Notes under the pieces: model-generated
Database searches by the model: none
The model's input: the letters and a program-made list of their open reading frames with translations, nothing else
Told to the model about the DNA's origin: nothing
Program-made: the position numbers and the translations under genes
From: Terriglobia bacterium
GTDB taxonomy: Bacteria; Acidobacteriota; Terriglobia; 20CM-2-55-15
Direction of reading: 5' to 3'
DNA: 64,000 bases
Assembly (NCBI GenBank): GCA_965198225.1
Contig: CBDAOY010000007.1
Span: 512,001-576,000 of the forward strand
In this document: positions 8,910-18,656 of the stretch, piece by piece
Position numbering within the stretch: position 1 is the first letter of the stretch
How the letters are laid out: every line of letters starts with the position of its first letter

Positions 8910-10317
8910 GACCGTCGCTCTTAAACGCTTTCGCGATGGCGGCGGTGACTCTGTTGAAATGCTGGCCGAAGCCGCCTCCGATCGAATGACCGAGGCGCGT
9001 GATCACCAGGTCGAGGTCGGGCAGCACCATCACACGCTGGCCGCGGGCACCCGATGCGTAGAAACCGGCTGGCACGACTGCGGCGGTGTTGATCCACCAC
9101 AGGCCGCCATAGTTGCCTTCCGAGGCCGGGGCGGGCGTGGAAACGTAGTCCACCCATCCTTCCGGCAGGATCCGCTTGCCTTCCCACATCCCATCCTGAA
9201 GGTGCAGGAGTCCGAAACGGGCCCAGTCGCGGGCCGTGCCGTAGTCGAAGCCCGTCAGCAGGAAGTTCCCGTGGGGGTCCGGCTCCAGGAGCATGTTCCT
9301 CATCCCGATCTGGTCGAAGAGCGCCCGCTGCGGGAAGGTGAGGTAGCTCTCGCCGCGGGCCTCGACGGTTTCCCGGATGATTTTTCCGAGCGTCAGCGGA
9401 TCGGAGTTTCGGTATCGATAAACCGTGTTCGGCGGAAACTCCGATGGCTTGCCGACCGAGAGCGCGAAGGCGTCGATCGCACCCGCGTAGATGTAGAGGT
9501 GGTCGCTCTCCTTCGTGAAGTAATCCGGTCCGGATAGCCGCTTGAAGTCCAGACCGCTGCTCATGTGGAGCAGGTCGGCGATCGTGATCTCACCGCGCGG
9601 ATCCCCGATGTCGCGCCACTCGGCGACCGGAGCCGGATCGTCGACCTTGAAATGACCGTCGCGAACCAGCAGGCCCACCAGTGCCGCCGTGATGCTCTTG
9701 CCCATCGACCAGCTGACGTGACGGGTGTCCTTGTCGAATCCCCGGGCGTAGCGTTCCGCCAAGATCCGACCCTTGTGCAGGACGAGGAAGGCGCGGGTCT
9801 TGAGCGGTGTTCCACTCGAATCCATCTTTTCAAAGGCCATGTCGACGGCGGCTTCCAGCGCGGCTTCGTCGTATTCGAGAGGCCCTGAGTACGGTTCGAT
9901 GACGTCTCCCATCGGCCAGAGTTGGGTCGTCGGGTCCGGAAGGGCGCTTTTCACTTCAACGGGGGTGAAGAAGACGCCGCTTTCGCCTTCGGGAATCAAC
10001 GTGCAGCCCTGGGATCCGTTGTACACGGCTGTCTTTCGAATCTGACCATCCGGGGTGGACAGTTCGAGAGTCCGGGCTTTCCGGTCAACGGCAACCCCAA
10101 TACTGTCCCAGTCCACACCGATGAACGGGTAGGCATCGTTCCTCAAGTATTCCCGGGCATCCCGTCCTATGACGAACACACCCGAACACGTCAGCTTGGC
10201 GCCGAGCGCGATCGAGATCGCGAGGTCCTGCTGGAGTGCCGTCGCAGGCATCGCATGGCCCAGCCACAGGACGCTCGTAAGCGCGCAAACGAACAGGTTG
10301 CTTAAGCTGTACTTCAT
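8905..10317 (-). CDS. Secreted serine hydrolase, beta-lactamase/AmpC (6-aminohexanoate-dimer hydrolase-like) family
   Basis: SWSMGKS (SxxK), LLHMSSGL, TARDWARFG; signal peptide. Confidence 0.9.
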   Translation of the reverse strand: MKYSLSNLFVCALTSVLWLGHAMPATALQQDLAISIALGAKLTCSGVFVIGRDAREYLRNDAYPFIGVDWDSIGVAVDRKARTLELSTPDGQIRKTAVYNGSQGCTLIPEGESGVFFTPVEVKSALPDPTTQLWPMGDVIEPYSGPLEYDEAALEAAVDMAFEKMDSSGTPLKTRAFLVLHKGRILAERYARGFDKDTRHVSWSMGKSITAALVGLLVRDGHFKVDDPAPVAEWRDIGDPRGEITIADLLHMSSGLDFKRLSGPDYFTKESDHLYIYAGAIDAFALSVGKPSEFPPNTVYRYRNSDPLTLGKIIRETVEARGESYLTFPQRALFDQIGMRNMLLEPDPHGNFLLTGFDYGTARDWARFGLLHLQDGMWEGKRILPEGWVDYVSTPAPASEGNYGGLWWINTAAVVPAGFYASGARGQRVMVLPDLDLVITRLGHSIGGGFGQHFNRVTAAIAKAFKSDGR

Positions 10318-10434
10318 CGATTCCCCGGCGACCTTCAATATTCCACGATCAGCTGTGGATTCTCATGCCGTCCGAATCCTCGAGTCAAGCAATTAGGCTT
10401 GAAGCACCCGGACGCAACCATCATAATTCGCCCC

Positions 10435-11427
10435 ATGTCGCCCCTCCAACGCTGCCTCCTGTCGACCCTGGTCTTCCTCCTTGCCGGCTGTCAGGCCCGC
10501 GACTCCGAGCGCGGTCCGATTCAAATTCAGATCGGCGCGGTGTCCGCTCCTGGATCCCTCATCTCGAACACCGGCGAGGAGTTGGCACGTCGCATCAACG
10601 AGCGGCTGGAAGGGAGGATCGATGCTACGTTCTTCGGTTCGAGCCAGCTGGGTAACGACGAGGTCATGCTCCAGAAGCTGAAACTCGGAACCGTCGACTT
10701 TTCCATCCCTTCGACGATCATGTCGTCCACCGTCGACGAGTTCGGCTTGTTCGAGATGCCATACCTGGTGCAGGACCGCGAACACATGAAGCGGATTGCC
10801 CAGGAGATCTTCTGGCCGCGCCTGGCGCCCGCATCCGAGGCGAAGGGTTACAAGGTTCTGGCTTTGTGGGAGAACGGTTTTCGACACATCACGAACAACA
10901 GGAGGCCAATCTCGGTTCCCGAGGATCTGGCTGGCGTCAAGCTGCGGACGCCACGCGGGCAGTGGCGCGTGAAACTCTTCCAGACCTTTGGTGCGAATCC
11001 CACACCGATGCCTCTGTCGGAAGTCTTCGTCGCCCTCCAGACCGGCGTCATCGATGGCCAGGAGAACCCTTTTGCGCAGGTTACGAGCTACAAGCTCCAG
11101 GAGGTCCAGACTTATCTTTCCCTGACCAGCCACGTGTACAGTCCAGCCTACCTGCTCACAGGTGTGAACCACTGGAATCAGCTGCCCGAGGACATCCGTC
11201 AGGTGATCGAACAAACCGCGCGGGAGATGGAAGACTTCGTCTATGAAGAAGCCATCCGCCTCGACAACGAGCTCCTGGAAGAGCTCCGGGCTTCGGGTAT
11301 CGAGATCAATCAAGCGGACCGTGACGCCTTCCTCGAGGCGAGCCAGCCCATTTACGAGGAGTTCGGAACCACGGTCGCCGGTGGGGCCGAGATGATCGAA
11401 ACCGCGATGCGACTGGCGATCCCTTAG
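10435..11427 (+). CDS. dctP: TRAP transporter substrate-binding protein
   Basis: Lipobox LAGC, ENGFRHIT, LQTGVIDGQEN. Confidence 0.93.
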   Translation: MSPLQRCLLSTLVFLLAGCQARDSERGPIQIQIGAVSAPGSLISNTGEELARRINERLEGRIDATFFGSSQLGNDEVMLQKLKLGTVDFSIPSTIMSSTVDEFGLFEMPYLVQDREHMKRIAQEIFWPRLAPASEAKGYKVLALWENGFRHITNNRRPISVPEDLAGVKLRTPRGQWRVKLFQTFGANPTPMPLSEVFVALQTGVIDGQENPFAQVTSYKLQEVQTYLSLTSHVYSPAYLLTGVNHWNQLPEDIRQVIEQTAREMEDFVYEEAIRLDNELLEELRASGIEINQADRDAFLEASQPIYEEFGTTVAGGAEMIETAMRLAIP

Positions 11428-11456
11428 CCCGGATTTCTTACTAGAAATCCAGGCTA
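11425..11456. repeat. TA-bounded hairpin starting at the dctP stop codon
   Basis: TAGCCCGGATTTCT-TACT-AGAAATCCAGGCTA, 14-bp arms, 1 mismatch. Confidence 0.75.
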
Positions 11457-11498
11457 CCGCGTTCACGCGACAGGGGTTGCTGCGACCCAGGCTGCTTG

Positions 11499-11567
11499 TG
11501 TAGGTGCGCTCTATGAGCGCACAAATCTTTCGTATTGACAACTGTGCGGTCATAGACCGCACCTACA
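11499..11567. repeat. GTAG-family REP doublet
   Basis: TGTAGGTGCGCTCTATGAGCGCACA ... TGTGCGGTCATAGACCGCACCTACA in inverted orientation. Confidence 0.9.
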
Positions 11568-11651
11568 CATTCCTGACAACTCTCGCTTTTTGGCGGAATG
11601 ACAAGGGTCGGTGAGGAACGCGGTGGGCGGTCGATCTAGTAGACTGTTCCG

Positions 11652-12155
11652 GTGCGAGCCACCCTCTCAAGCCTTTACCTTCCTTTCCGCCGCTTTCTTG
11701 AGATCGTCGTTCTGATACTGATGACAGCCCTGGCACTGATCGTGGTGGCAGGCGTCGTCTTCAGGAAGGCCGGTGCGGCGCTCGTCTGGTATGACGAAGT
11801 GGCTTCGATCCTGCTGGTTTGGCTGACCTACTACGGTGCCTGCCTGGCTGCACTGGTGCAGGCCCACATCGGGTTTCCGAAACTCGTAAATGCGGCCGGG
11901 CCGAGGCTGCGCGTCCTCCTCACTCTCGTACGAGAGGCCGTGATCGTTGTCTTCTTCCTGGTGGTCGCGTGGGCCGGATGGCGGGTGCTTCTCGTGCTGG
12001 AAGGTACGAACCTGGTGAGCCTGCCCTGGATCCCCACACGGTTGACGCAGTCGGTGATACCCGTCGGAGCGTTGCTTTTCATTGCGGCCGAAATGTTGAG
12101 CTTTTTCTCTGCCCAGGAACCCGCCGATCCGGAGGGTGGAGGAGACGAGGCGTGA
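11652..12155 (+). CDS. dctQ: TRAP transporter small permease
   Basis: 4 TM segments, W.DEV, AHIG; between dctP and dctM. Confidence 0.9.
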   Translation: MRATLSSLYLPFRRFLEIVVLILMTALALIVVAGVVFRKAGAALVWYDEVASILLVWLTYYGACLAALVQAHIGFPKLVNAAGPRLRVLLTLVREAVIVVFFLVVAWAGWRVLLVLEGTNLVSLPWIPTRLTQSVIPVGALLFIAAEMLSFFSAQEPADPEGGGDEA

Positions 12156-13435
12156 CCCTCCTGCTGCTCTTCGTCGGCTTACTCTTCCTTGTTCTGATCG
12201 ACGTTCCGATCGCGATCGCTCTGGGCGCCGTTGCCATGGCAGCCATGGCGGCCGCAGGAGGGATCGACTCGCTGCCGAACGTCGCCCTGGTCCTGTTTGA
12301 TGGAGCCCGCAAGTTCACGCTGATCGCTATCCCTCTCTTCATCCTCGCCGGCGCGATCATGAACGCTTCGGGAATCTCGCGGCGGTTGATTGCGTTCGCG
12401 TCGGCGTTGCTCGGCTTTGTCCGTGGGGGCCTGGCGATGGTGACGATCGGGACGTCGCTGTTTTTCGCGGAGATTTCCGGTTCCGCCGTTGCGGACGTCG
12501 CCGCGCTGGGCTCGATCCTGATTCCGGCGATGAAGCGGAAGGGATATACCACCCCCTTCGCGGCAGCGGTCACCTCCTCGGCGTCGACGCTGGCCGTGAT
12601 CATCCCACCGTCAATGCCGATGATCCTGTATGCCGTGATGTCGGGTAGCTCCGTCGTTGAACTGTTTGTTGCCGGGATCATTCCCGGCGTTCTCGGCGCC
12701 GTGCTGATGATGGGTGTGGCGCACTTCATTTCTATCCGCCACAACTTCCCGGTCGAAGAAGTCTTCCAGATCAAGCGGGTCGTCCAGACCTTCAAGGAGG
12801 CCGTCTGGGCTCTCACACTGCCGATTATCATCCTCGGTGGAATCTTCAGCGGCCTGGTGACGGCGACTGAAGGGGCAGGTCTGGCGGTTGTGGCGGCGAT
12901 CGTCATCGGCACCCTCATCTACCGGGAGCTGGACTGGACGCGGCTGCGGGAATCGATGGTGGAGGGCGGCCGGCAGACAGCAGTCGTGATGCTTCTGGTG
13001 GCGACCTCCGCGTTGCTTGGGGACTACCTGACCTCAATGCGGGTTCCGCAAGGTGCGGCAGAGGGGATCATCGGGCTGACGGACAATCCGCTCATCATCA
13101 TGGCCCTGCTCAACGTCTTCTTCCTCGCGGTGGGCCTCTTTCTACACTCCGCGGCCGCGATTATCCTCGTCGTCCCCATCGTGATGCCGCTGGTCCTGGC
13201 TGCCGGCATCGATCCCGTGCACTTCGGTCTGGTCGTCACACTGAATCTCGGAATCGGGCAGCAGACCCCGCCCGTCGCGAGTGTTCTGGTGACGGCCTGC
13301 TCGATCGCCAAAGCCGACGTCTGGGAAGTCACGAAGGTGAACGTCTACTTCATCGCCGTCCTTTTCGGAGTCCTTCTCCTCGTCAGCTACGTTCCCGCGA
13401 TTCCGCTGGTCCTCGTGGATTTCTTCTACAGGTAG
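12152..13435 (+). CDS. dctM: TRAP transporter large permease
   Basis: GTG 12152 overlaps dctQ stop; AIPLFILAG, ISGSAVAD, IIPPS, TPPV. Confidence 0.93.
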   Translation: MTLLLLFVGLLFLVLIDVPIAIALGAVAMAAMAAAGGIDSLPNVALVLFDGARKFTLIAIPLFILAGAIMNASGISRRLIAFASALLGFVRGGLAMVTIGTSLFFAEISGSAVADVAALGSILIPAMKRKGYTTPFAAAVTSSASTLAVIIPPSMPMILYAVMSGSSVVELFVAGIIPGVLGAVLMMGVAHFISIRHNFPVEEVFQIKRVVQTFKEAVWALTLPIIILGGIFSGLVTATEGAGLAVVAAIVIGTLIYRELDWTRLRESMVEGGRQTAVVMLLVATSALLGDYLTSMRVPQGAAEGIIGLTDNPLIIMALLNVFFLAVGLFLHSAAAIILVVPIVMPLVLAAGIDPVHFGLVVTLNLGIGQQTPPVASVLVTACSIAKADVWEVTKVNVYFIAVLFGVLLLVSYVPAIPLVLVDFFYR

Positions 13436-13485
13436 CGGTACGGGCAATCCTTGGTTTCGAGCAGGTGTGCGCTGACAACAACGTA

Positions 13486-13566
13486 CGTGAAAGAGCCAAT
13501 GTGAGGGGGACAGGGGTATAGCCCTGTCCCCGGGTCTTCGTTGAGCAGAAAAGTTGGCGAAACGGC
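13486..13566 (-). repeat. GGGGACAGG-palindrome element, copy C
   Basis: Reverse complement closely matches 53187-53267. Confidence 0.88.
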
Positions 13567-13690
13567 AGGCGTTCGCCGGAACCGGATACCTGTAAGTGGG
13601 GGCACGTTGTGGTCCACGTTGACCAAGCCGCTTCGGACCCGGTAAGATTTTCTAGCCCTGCCCGTTTTTCCCAGCATCAAGGAGGATCGA

Positions 13691-15646
13691 TTGTTGATTT
13701 CGAGAAAAGTACTGTTTGGCAACCCGGAAAAGGCGCATGCGCGCATCAGCCCGGACGGGACGCAACTTGCCTACCTGGCGCCCGTGGACGGTGTGCTCAA
13801 CGTCTGGGTCGGACCCGCCGGAGACCCATCGGCCGCGCAACCGGTGACAAAGGACACCCATCGTGGAATTCGTTCATTTTTCTGGGCATACACGAGCGCC
13901 CACGTCCTCTATCCCCAGGACAAGGATGGCGACGAGGATTGGCACATCTACAGCGTGAATCTCGAAACCGGCGAGATCAGAGATCTGACCCCGATCGAGA
14001 AGATTGCTGCGCGGATCCAGGAAGTGAGCCACAAGTCTCCCGAAGAGGTTCTGGTTGGGATTAATGATCGAGGCGAGCGGCAACTCCACGACGTTTACCG
14101 CGTGAACATCGTGACCGGTGACCGCGTAATGGTGCAGGAGAACCCCGGCTTTGCCGGTTTCATGACCGATGACGATTACCGCGTGCGGTTTGCGCTGACA
14201 ATGACTCCCGACGCTGGGCATCTGTACCTGAAGCCCGACCCCGAGGCCGGTTGGAAGGAGTTCGCGCGGATCGACCCCGTCGATTCGATGACGACCCAGC
14301 CGGTCGGCTTCGACAAGACCGGAGATCGCTACTACATGCTCGACAGCCGCGACCGGGACAAGGGTGCGTTAAAGGTCGTCGAATTGGAGACCGGTCGCGA
14401 AGAACTCCTGGCCGAAAGCGACCTGGCCGATATCGATGGCGTCATCGTCCATCCCACGGAGAAGACGGTTCAAGCCATCACGTCCACGCATGCCCGTCAA
14501 CAGTTGACGGTACTCGACCCCTCGATCCAGCCGGATATCGACTACCTGGAAACCGTTGCTGCCGGCGAACTCAAGATCACGAGTCGGACCTTGGACGATC
14601 AACTCTGGACGGTGGCCTTCCTGATGGACGACGGGCCGCTGCGTTTCTACCTCTACGACCGCGAAGCGAAGTTCGCGAAGTTTCTCTTCACGACCCAGCC
14701 GGAACTGGAGGACCTCCCCCTGGTCATGATGCATTCCGAGGTCATCGAGGCGCGGGACGGTCTGGAACTCGTCGTGTATCTCTCGCTGCCGACTGCGAGT
14801 GACCCCGAAAACGGGGGTCGGCCGTCTTCACCTCTGCCGATGGTGCTCTACGTTCACGGCGGACCATGGGCCCGGGACGACTGGGGGTACACGCCGAATC
14901 ACCAGTGGCTGGCGAACCGGGGCTACGCCGTCCTCTCGGTGAACTATCGAGGTTCGACCGGGTTCGGGAAGAGTTTCATCAACAAAGCGGACAAGGAATG
15001 GGCCGCCTCGATGCACGACGACCTGATCGATGCCCTCGACTGGGCCGTCGAGCAGAAGATCGCCGATCGCGACCGCATCGCGATCATGGGGGGAAGCTAC
15101 GGAGGGTACGCGACTCTGGTCGGGGTTACCTTTACCCCGAGCGTGTTCAGATGCGGTGTCGACATAGTCGGTCCATCGAACCTGATCACGATGATGGAGA
15201 ACCCCCCGCCGTACTGGGTACCGTTGATGCCGATCATGAAGAACCGCGTCGGAGATTTCACCGATGAGGACGGCCGCGAGTTCCTGAAGTCGCGTTCACC
15301 CCTCACTTTCGTCGACCGGATCCAACGACCGCTGCTCATCGCCCAGGGCAAACATGACCCGCGCGTCAAACAGGCCGAATCCGACCAGATCGTGGCCGCA
15401 ATGAACGAGAAGGACATTCCGGTCAGCTACATGCTTTTCACCGAAGAGGGCCACGGTTTCGCGAAACCCGAGAACCGCCAGGCGTTCTTCGCGGTCGCCG
15501 AGGCTTTTCTCGCGAAGCATCTTGGCGGAGAGTACGAACCCATCGGTGACGCATTCGAAGGCGCCGCGTTCGAGGTATCGAGCGGAACCGATGGCGTCCC
15601 CGGTCTGGAAGATGCCCTGAAGGAGATGGAAGCCTCGCCATCGTAG
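13691..15646 (+). CDS. S9 family peptidase (dipeptidyl/acylaminoacyl peptidase)
   Basis: VHGGPW, GGSYGG nucleophile, DPRV, EGHG. Confidence 0.95.
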   Translation: MLISRKVLFGNPEKAHARISPDGTQLAYLAPVDGVLNVWVGPAGDPSAAQPVTKDTHRGIRSFFWAYTSAHVLYPQDKDGDEDWHIYSVNLETGEIRDLTPIEKIAARIQEVSHKSPEEVLVGINDRGERQLHDVYRVNIVTGDRVMVQENPGFAGFMTDDDYRVRFALTMTPDAGHLYLKPDPEAGWKEFARIDPVDSMTTQPVGFDKTGDRYYMLDSRDRDKGALKVVELETGREELLAESDLADIDGVIVHPTEKTVQAITSTHARQQLTVLDPSIQPDIDYLETVAAGELKITSRTLDDQLWTVAFLMDDGPLRFYLYDREAKFAKFLFTTQPELEDLPLVMMHSEVIEARDGLELVVYLSLPTASDPENGGRPSSPLPMVLYVHGGPWARDDWGYTPNHQWLANRGYAVLSVNYRGSTGFGKSFINKADKEWAASMHDDLIDALDWAVEQKIADRDRIAIMGGSYGGYATLVGVTFTPSVFRCGVDIVGPSNLITMMENPPPYWVPLMPIMKNRVGDFTDEDGREFLKSRSPLTFVDRIQRPLLIAQGKHDPRVKQAESDQIVAAMNEKDIPVSYMLFTEEGHGFAKPENRQAFFAVAEAFLAKHLGGEYEPIGDAFEGAAFEVSSGTDGVPGLEDALKEMEASPS

Positions 15647-15676
15647 TTTCGAAGGCTGGATTCCAAGCTGCTCGAG

Positions 15677-16468
15677 ATGAGTCACCACAGCGCAGTCGAA
15701 CTGGATGCGGCCTCCGTCCGATTCGGCGGCTATCCGGCCATCGACGAGGTTACCTTTACCGTACCCGAAGGCCAGTTCGTCGCCATCGTAGGCCCGACCG
15801 GGTGCGGCAAGTCTTCATTGCTGAACCTGGTTGCCGGTCTACTGCATCCAACCACGGGCACGGTTCGCACGTCCGGCAGCGCGTTCAGCGGTGTGAATCC
15901 GGATGCCGCATATATGTTCCAGCAGGATGCCCTGCTTCCGTGGAAACGGGTCCTGGACAACGTCATGCTCGGGCCCGTTCTCCGCGGCCAGTCCCGCAAG
16001 GATGCCGGCGAGAACGCCCGGCAGTGGATCGATCGGGTGGGCCTGTCCGGGTTCGAGGACCGGTATCCCCACCAGCTCTCGGGTGGACAACGGAGACGGG
16101 TCGCGATGGCTCAGGTCCTGATCAACCGTTTGCCGCTATTGCTGATGGATGAGCCTTTCGGCGCCCTCGACGTGCAGACGCGAGCCCTGATGGAGAACGA
16201 ACTCCTGGAACTCTGGACGGAACTGCGGGCGACAGTGCTGTTCGTCACCCACGATCTCGAAGAGGCAATCGCACTAGCCGACCGTGTCCTGCTGTTTACC
16301 GCCGGCCCGAACGCGCGGGTGAAGGGAGACTTCAAGGTCGATCTGCCGCGTCCGCGCAACGTCATGGAGATCCGGTTCAGTTCGGGATTCTCGGAACTCT
16401 ACGACGGCATCTGGTCGTCGCTCAGACAGGAAGTGTTGGAGAGTTATGAGCGCTCCCGTGCCCACTAA
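15677..16468 (+). CDS. NitT/TauT family ABC transporter ATP-binding protein
   Basis: GPTGCGKS, LSGGQ, LMDEPF, VTHD. Confidence 0.95.
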   Translation: MSHHSAVELDAASVRFGGYPAIDEVTFTVPEGQFVAIVGPTGCGKSSLLNLVAGLLHPTTGTVRTSGSAFSGVNPDAAYMFQQDALLPWKRVLDNVMLGPVLRGQSRKDAGENARQWIDRVGLSGFEDRYPHQLSGGQRRRVAMAQVLINRLPLLLMDEPFGALDVQTRALMENELLELWTELRATVLFVTHDLEEAIALADRVLLFTAGPNARVKGDFKVDLPRPRNVMEIRFSSGFSELYDGIWSSLRQEVLESYERSRAH

Positions 16469-17267
16469 GATCGGCCTGATTCGCACTCTTCAGGTGGGTC
16501 TCTTCGTTATCCTCGTTGGGACGTGGGAGATAGGTGCACGCGCGGGTGCTCTCGACACCTTCTTCTTTTCGCAACCGTCCGCATTTCTTTCCCGCGTGTG
16601 GACGTGGATCGCGACCGGCCGCGGAACGATCCTGGGGGGACGGACGATCTACCATCACATGCTCGTGACCTTGGAGGAGATGGTCGCCAGTTTCGTCCTC
16701 GGCGTTGTGTTTGGCGTCGCCGTCGGTTTCCTCCTGGGCCGATCCGAATTCTGGTCGCGTGTCTTCAACCCTTACATACAGGTTCTGAACGCGCTTCCGC
16801 GGCTCGTTCTTGCCCCGATTTTTGTCCTGCTACTGGGGATCGACGAGGCCTCGAAGATCGCGCTTGGCTTCTCACTGGTGTTCTTCATCGCTTTCTTCAA
16901 CGCGTACCAGGGTGTACGTGACGTCGACCGCGCTTTCGTGAACAACGCGCGCATGCTCGGGGCCGACAACCGCCAACTCACGTGGCATGTCCTGCTGCCG
17001 TCGGCGATGAGCTGGATCGTGTCGAGCCTGCATACGTCGGTGGGCTTCGCGCTGGTGGGAGCGGTGGTGGGCGAGTACCTTGCGGCCGCGCGAGGGCTCG
17101 GTTGGGTGATCGCACAGGCGCAGGGGAACTTTGATGCGGCTGGAGTTTACGCCGGGATGACGATCCTGTGTATCATCGTCGTGATCGTTGAACTTGGCGT
17201 GACGTGGCTCGAACGTCGCCTCTTAGCGTGGAAACCTTCCCAACAGGGAGGCCTGCTTGCGGCATAG
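16446..17267 (+). CDS. NitT/TauT family ABC transporter permease
   Basis: NALPRLVLAP, ARMLGA, GAVVGEY. Confidence 0.93.
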   Translation: MSAPVPTKIGLIRTLQVGLFVILVGTWEIGARAGALDTFFFSQPSAFLSRVWTWIATGRGTILGGRTIYHHMLVTLEEMVASFVLGVVFGVAVGFLLGRSEFWSRVFNPYIQVLNALPRLVLAPIFVLLLGIDEASKIALGFSLVFFIAFFNAYQGVRDVDRAFVNNARMLGADNRQLTWHVLLPSAMSWIVSSLHTSVGFALVGAVVGEYLAAARGLGWVIAQAQGNFDAAGVYAGMTILCIIVVIVELGVTWLERRLLAWKPSQQGGLLAA

Positions 17268-18363
17268 GAGTGTAGGTGCGGTCTATGACCGCACATTTTT
17301 CAGGTTCGAGGGATGTGCGCTCATAGAGCGCACCTACACCCAGGCGAGAGATTCCGGCCCAGGCAAGTGCACGGCTCTTCTCGTTCTGTTTCTGATCCTT
17401 CTCTCATGTTCAGCTCCGGAATCTACCGAGGAACTCTCGACTGTCCGCATTGCCGTCGGCGGTCAGGCCCAGTACGTCTACCTGCCGCTGACGCTCGCCG
17501 ATAAGCTCGGTTATTTTGCCGAGGAAGGCCTTGAGGTTGAAATCTCTGATCTCCGGGGCGGTTCCCAGGCGCTTGCTGCCCTGACAGGGGGGTCGGTCGA
17601 TGCGGTCGTCGGCTTCTACGAACACACGATACGGTCTCAGGCACGTGGGAAAGGGCTTGTGATGGTGACGCTCTTCGATCGCATTCCCGGGCTGGTGATG
17701 ATGATCGGAACCCCTCACGCAGATGAAGTCCGCTCGATCGGGGACCTGGTCGGAAAGCCGTTCGGGGTCACCGCTCCGGGCTCGTCCACCGATGCGATGG
17801 TCAAGTTCCTCCTGAGAAAGGAAGGGTACGATCCGCAGGCGATTCCCGTCGTGACGGCCGGCACGACCACGATGATCGCGGCGATCGAACAGGACCAGGT
17901 GTGGGGCGGCATCACCGTCGACCCCCTGGCGCAGAAGCTCGAACGGGACGGGACGGCCCGCCCACTCTATGACACGCGAACCGAGGAAGGAACTCGAGAG
18001 GTGTTCGGCGGACCCTGGCCGGCCGGAGGCCTCTATATCGCGGAGGAATCCCGGAGCGAAAGTCCGCGTGTGGTTCAGGCGTTGGTCAATGCGGCGGTCC
18101 GTACCCTGCGTTACATCTCCACACACTCCGCCGGCGAGATAGCCGACCACGTGCCCGAATTCTGGGTGGCAGGGAACCGCGACCTCTATGTCGAAGCGCT
18201 CGACGCCAACCTTGGAATGTTCAGCCCGGACGGTCGGATGCCGGAAGACGGCCCGGCCAATGTCCTCGATACATTAAGCCTCGTGGATCCGACTCTGAGT
18301 CCGGACTCCATCGACCTGGAACGCACCTACGACAACTCGTTCGCCAGCCGCGTTCCCGACTAG
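17257..18363 (+). CDS. NitT/TauT family ABC substrate-binding lipoprotein
   Basis: YLPLTLA..LGYF, GFYEHTI, GVTAPGSST; lipobox LLSC; only in-frame start before the signal is TTG 17257 with GGAGG. Confidence 0.88.
   Translation: MRHRSVGAVYDRTFFRFEGCALIERTYTQARDSGPGKCTALLVLFLILLSCSAPESTEELSTVRIAVGGQAQYVYLPLTLADKLGYFAEEGLEVEISDLRGGSQALAALTGGSVDAVVGFYEHTIRSQARGKGLVMVTLFDRIPGLVMMIGTPHADEVRSIGDLVGKPFGVTAPGSSTDAMVKFLLRKEGYDPQAIPVVTAGTTTMIAAIEQDQVWGGITVDPLAQKLERDGTARPLYDTRTEEGTREVFGGPWPAGGLYIAEESRSESPRVVQALVNAAVRTLRYISTHSAGEIADHVPEFWVAGNRDLYVEALDANLGMFSPDGRMPEDGPANVLDTLSLVDPTLSPDSIDLERTYDNSFASRVPD
17271..17338. repeat. GTAG-family REP doublet inside the 5' end of the SBP ORF
   Basis: TGTAGGTGCGGTCTATGACCGCACA ... 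TGTGCGCTCATAGAGCGCACCTACA. Confidence 0.9.
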
Positions 18364-18390
18364 TTGTCGCTCCGGTCGACGGGATAGCCG

Positions 18391-18656
18391 GTGTAGGTGC
18401 GGTCTATGACCGCACACTTCGAGCCGAAACGATGTGCGCCCTATCAAGCTGTGAACGAATGTCATTTGTTGGAGAATCGGGTGGCGGGGCTTTTCACGAA
18501 GAACCTGCGATCCTCAAGTGTATGCGCCCTATGAGCGCACAAATGTCCGCGGGACCACAAGTTGTGCGGTCATAGACCGCACCTACACGTGAAAAGCCCC
18601 GCCACCCGATTTTCCGTTCCCATAATTCGTTCACAGCTTGTATGAGCGCACCTACA
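18391..18656. repeat. GTAG REP doublet interrupted by a MITE
   Basis: Left REP 18391-18415; right REP split GTGCGCCCTAT | TATGAGCGCACCTACA. Confidence 0.85.
18445..18640. mobile_element. 196-bp MITE with 16-bp perfect TIR and TAT target duplication
   Basis: CAAGCTGTGAACGAAT / ATTCGTTCACAGCTTG; inner 24-bp IR 18475-18498 / 18588-18611; TAT on both sides. Confidence 0.82.

Noticed and set aside
11819-12151. Long N-terminal extension of DctM
   Set aside because: Overlaps dctQ; GTG 12152 coupled to the dctQ stop is the plausible start
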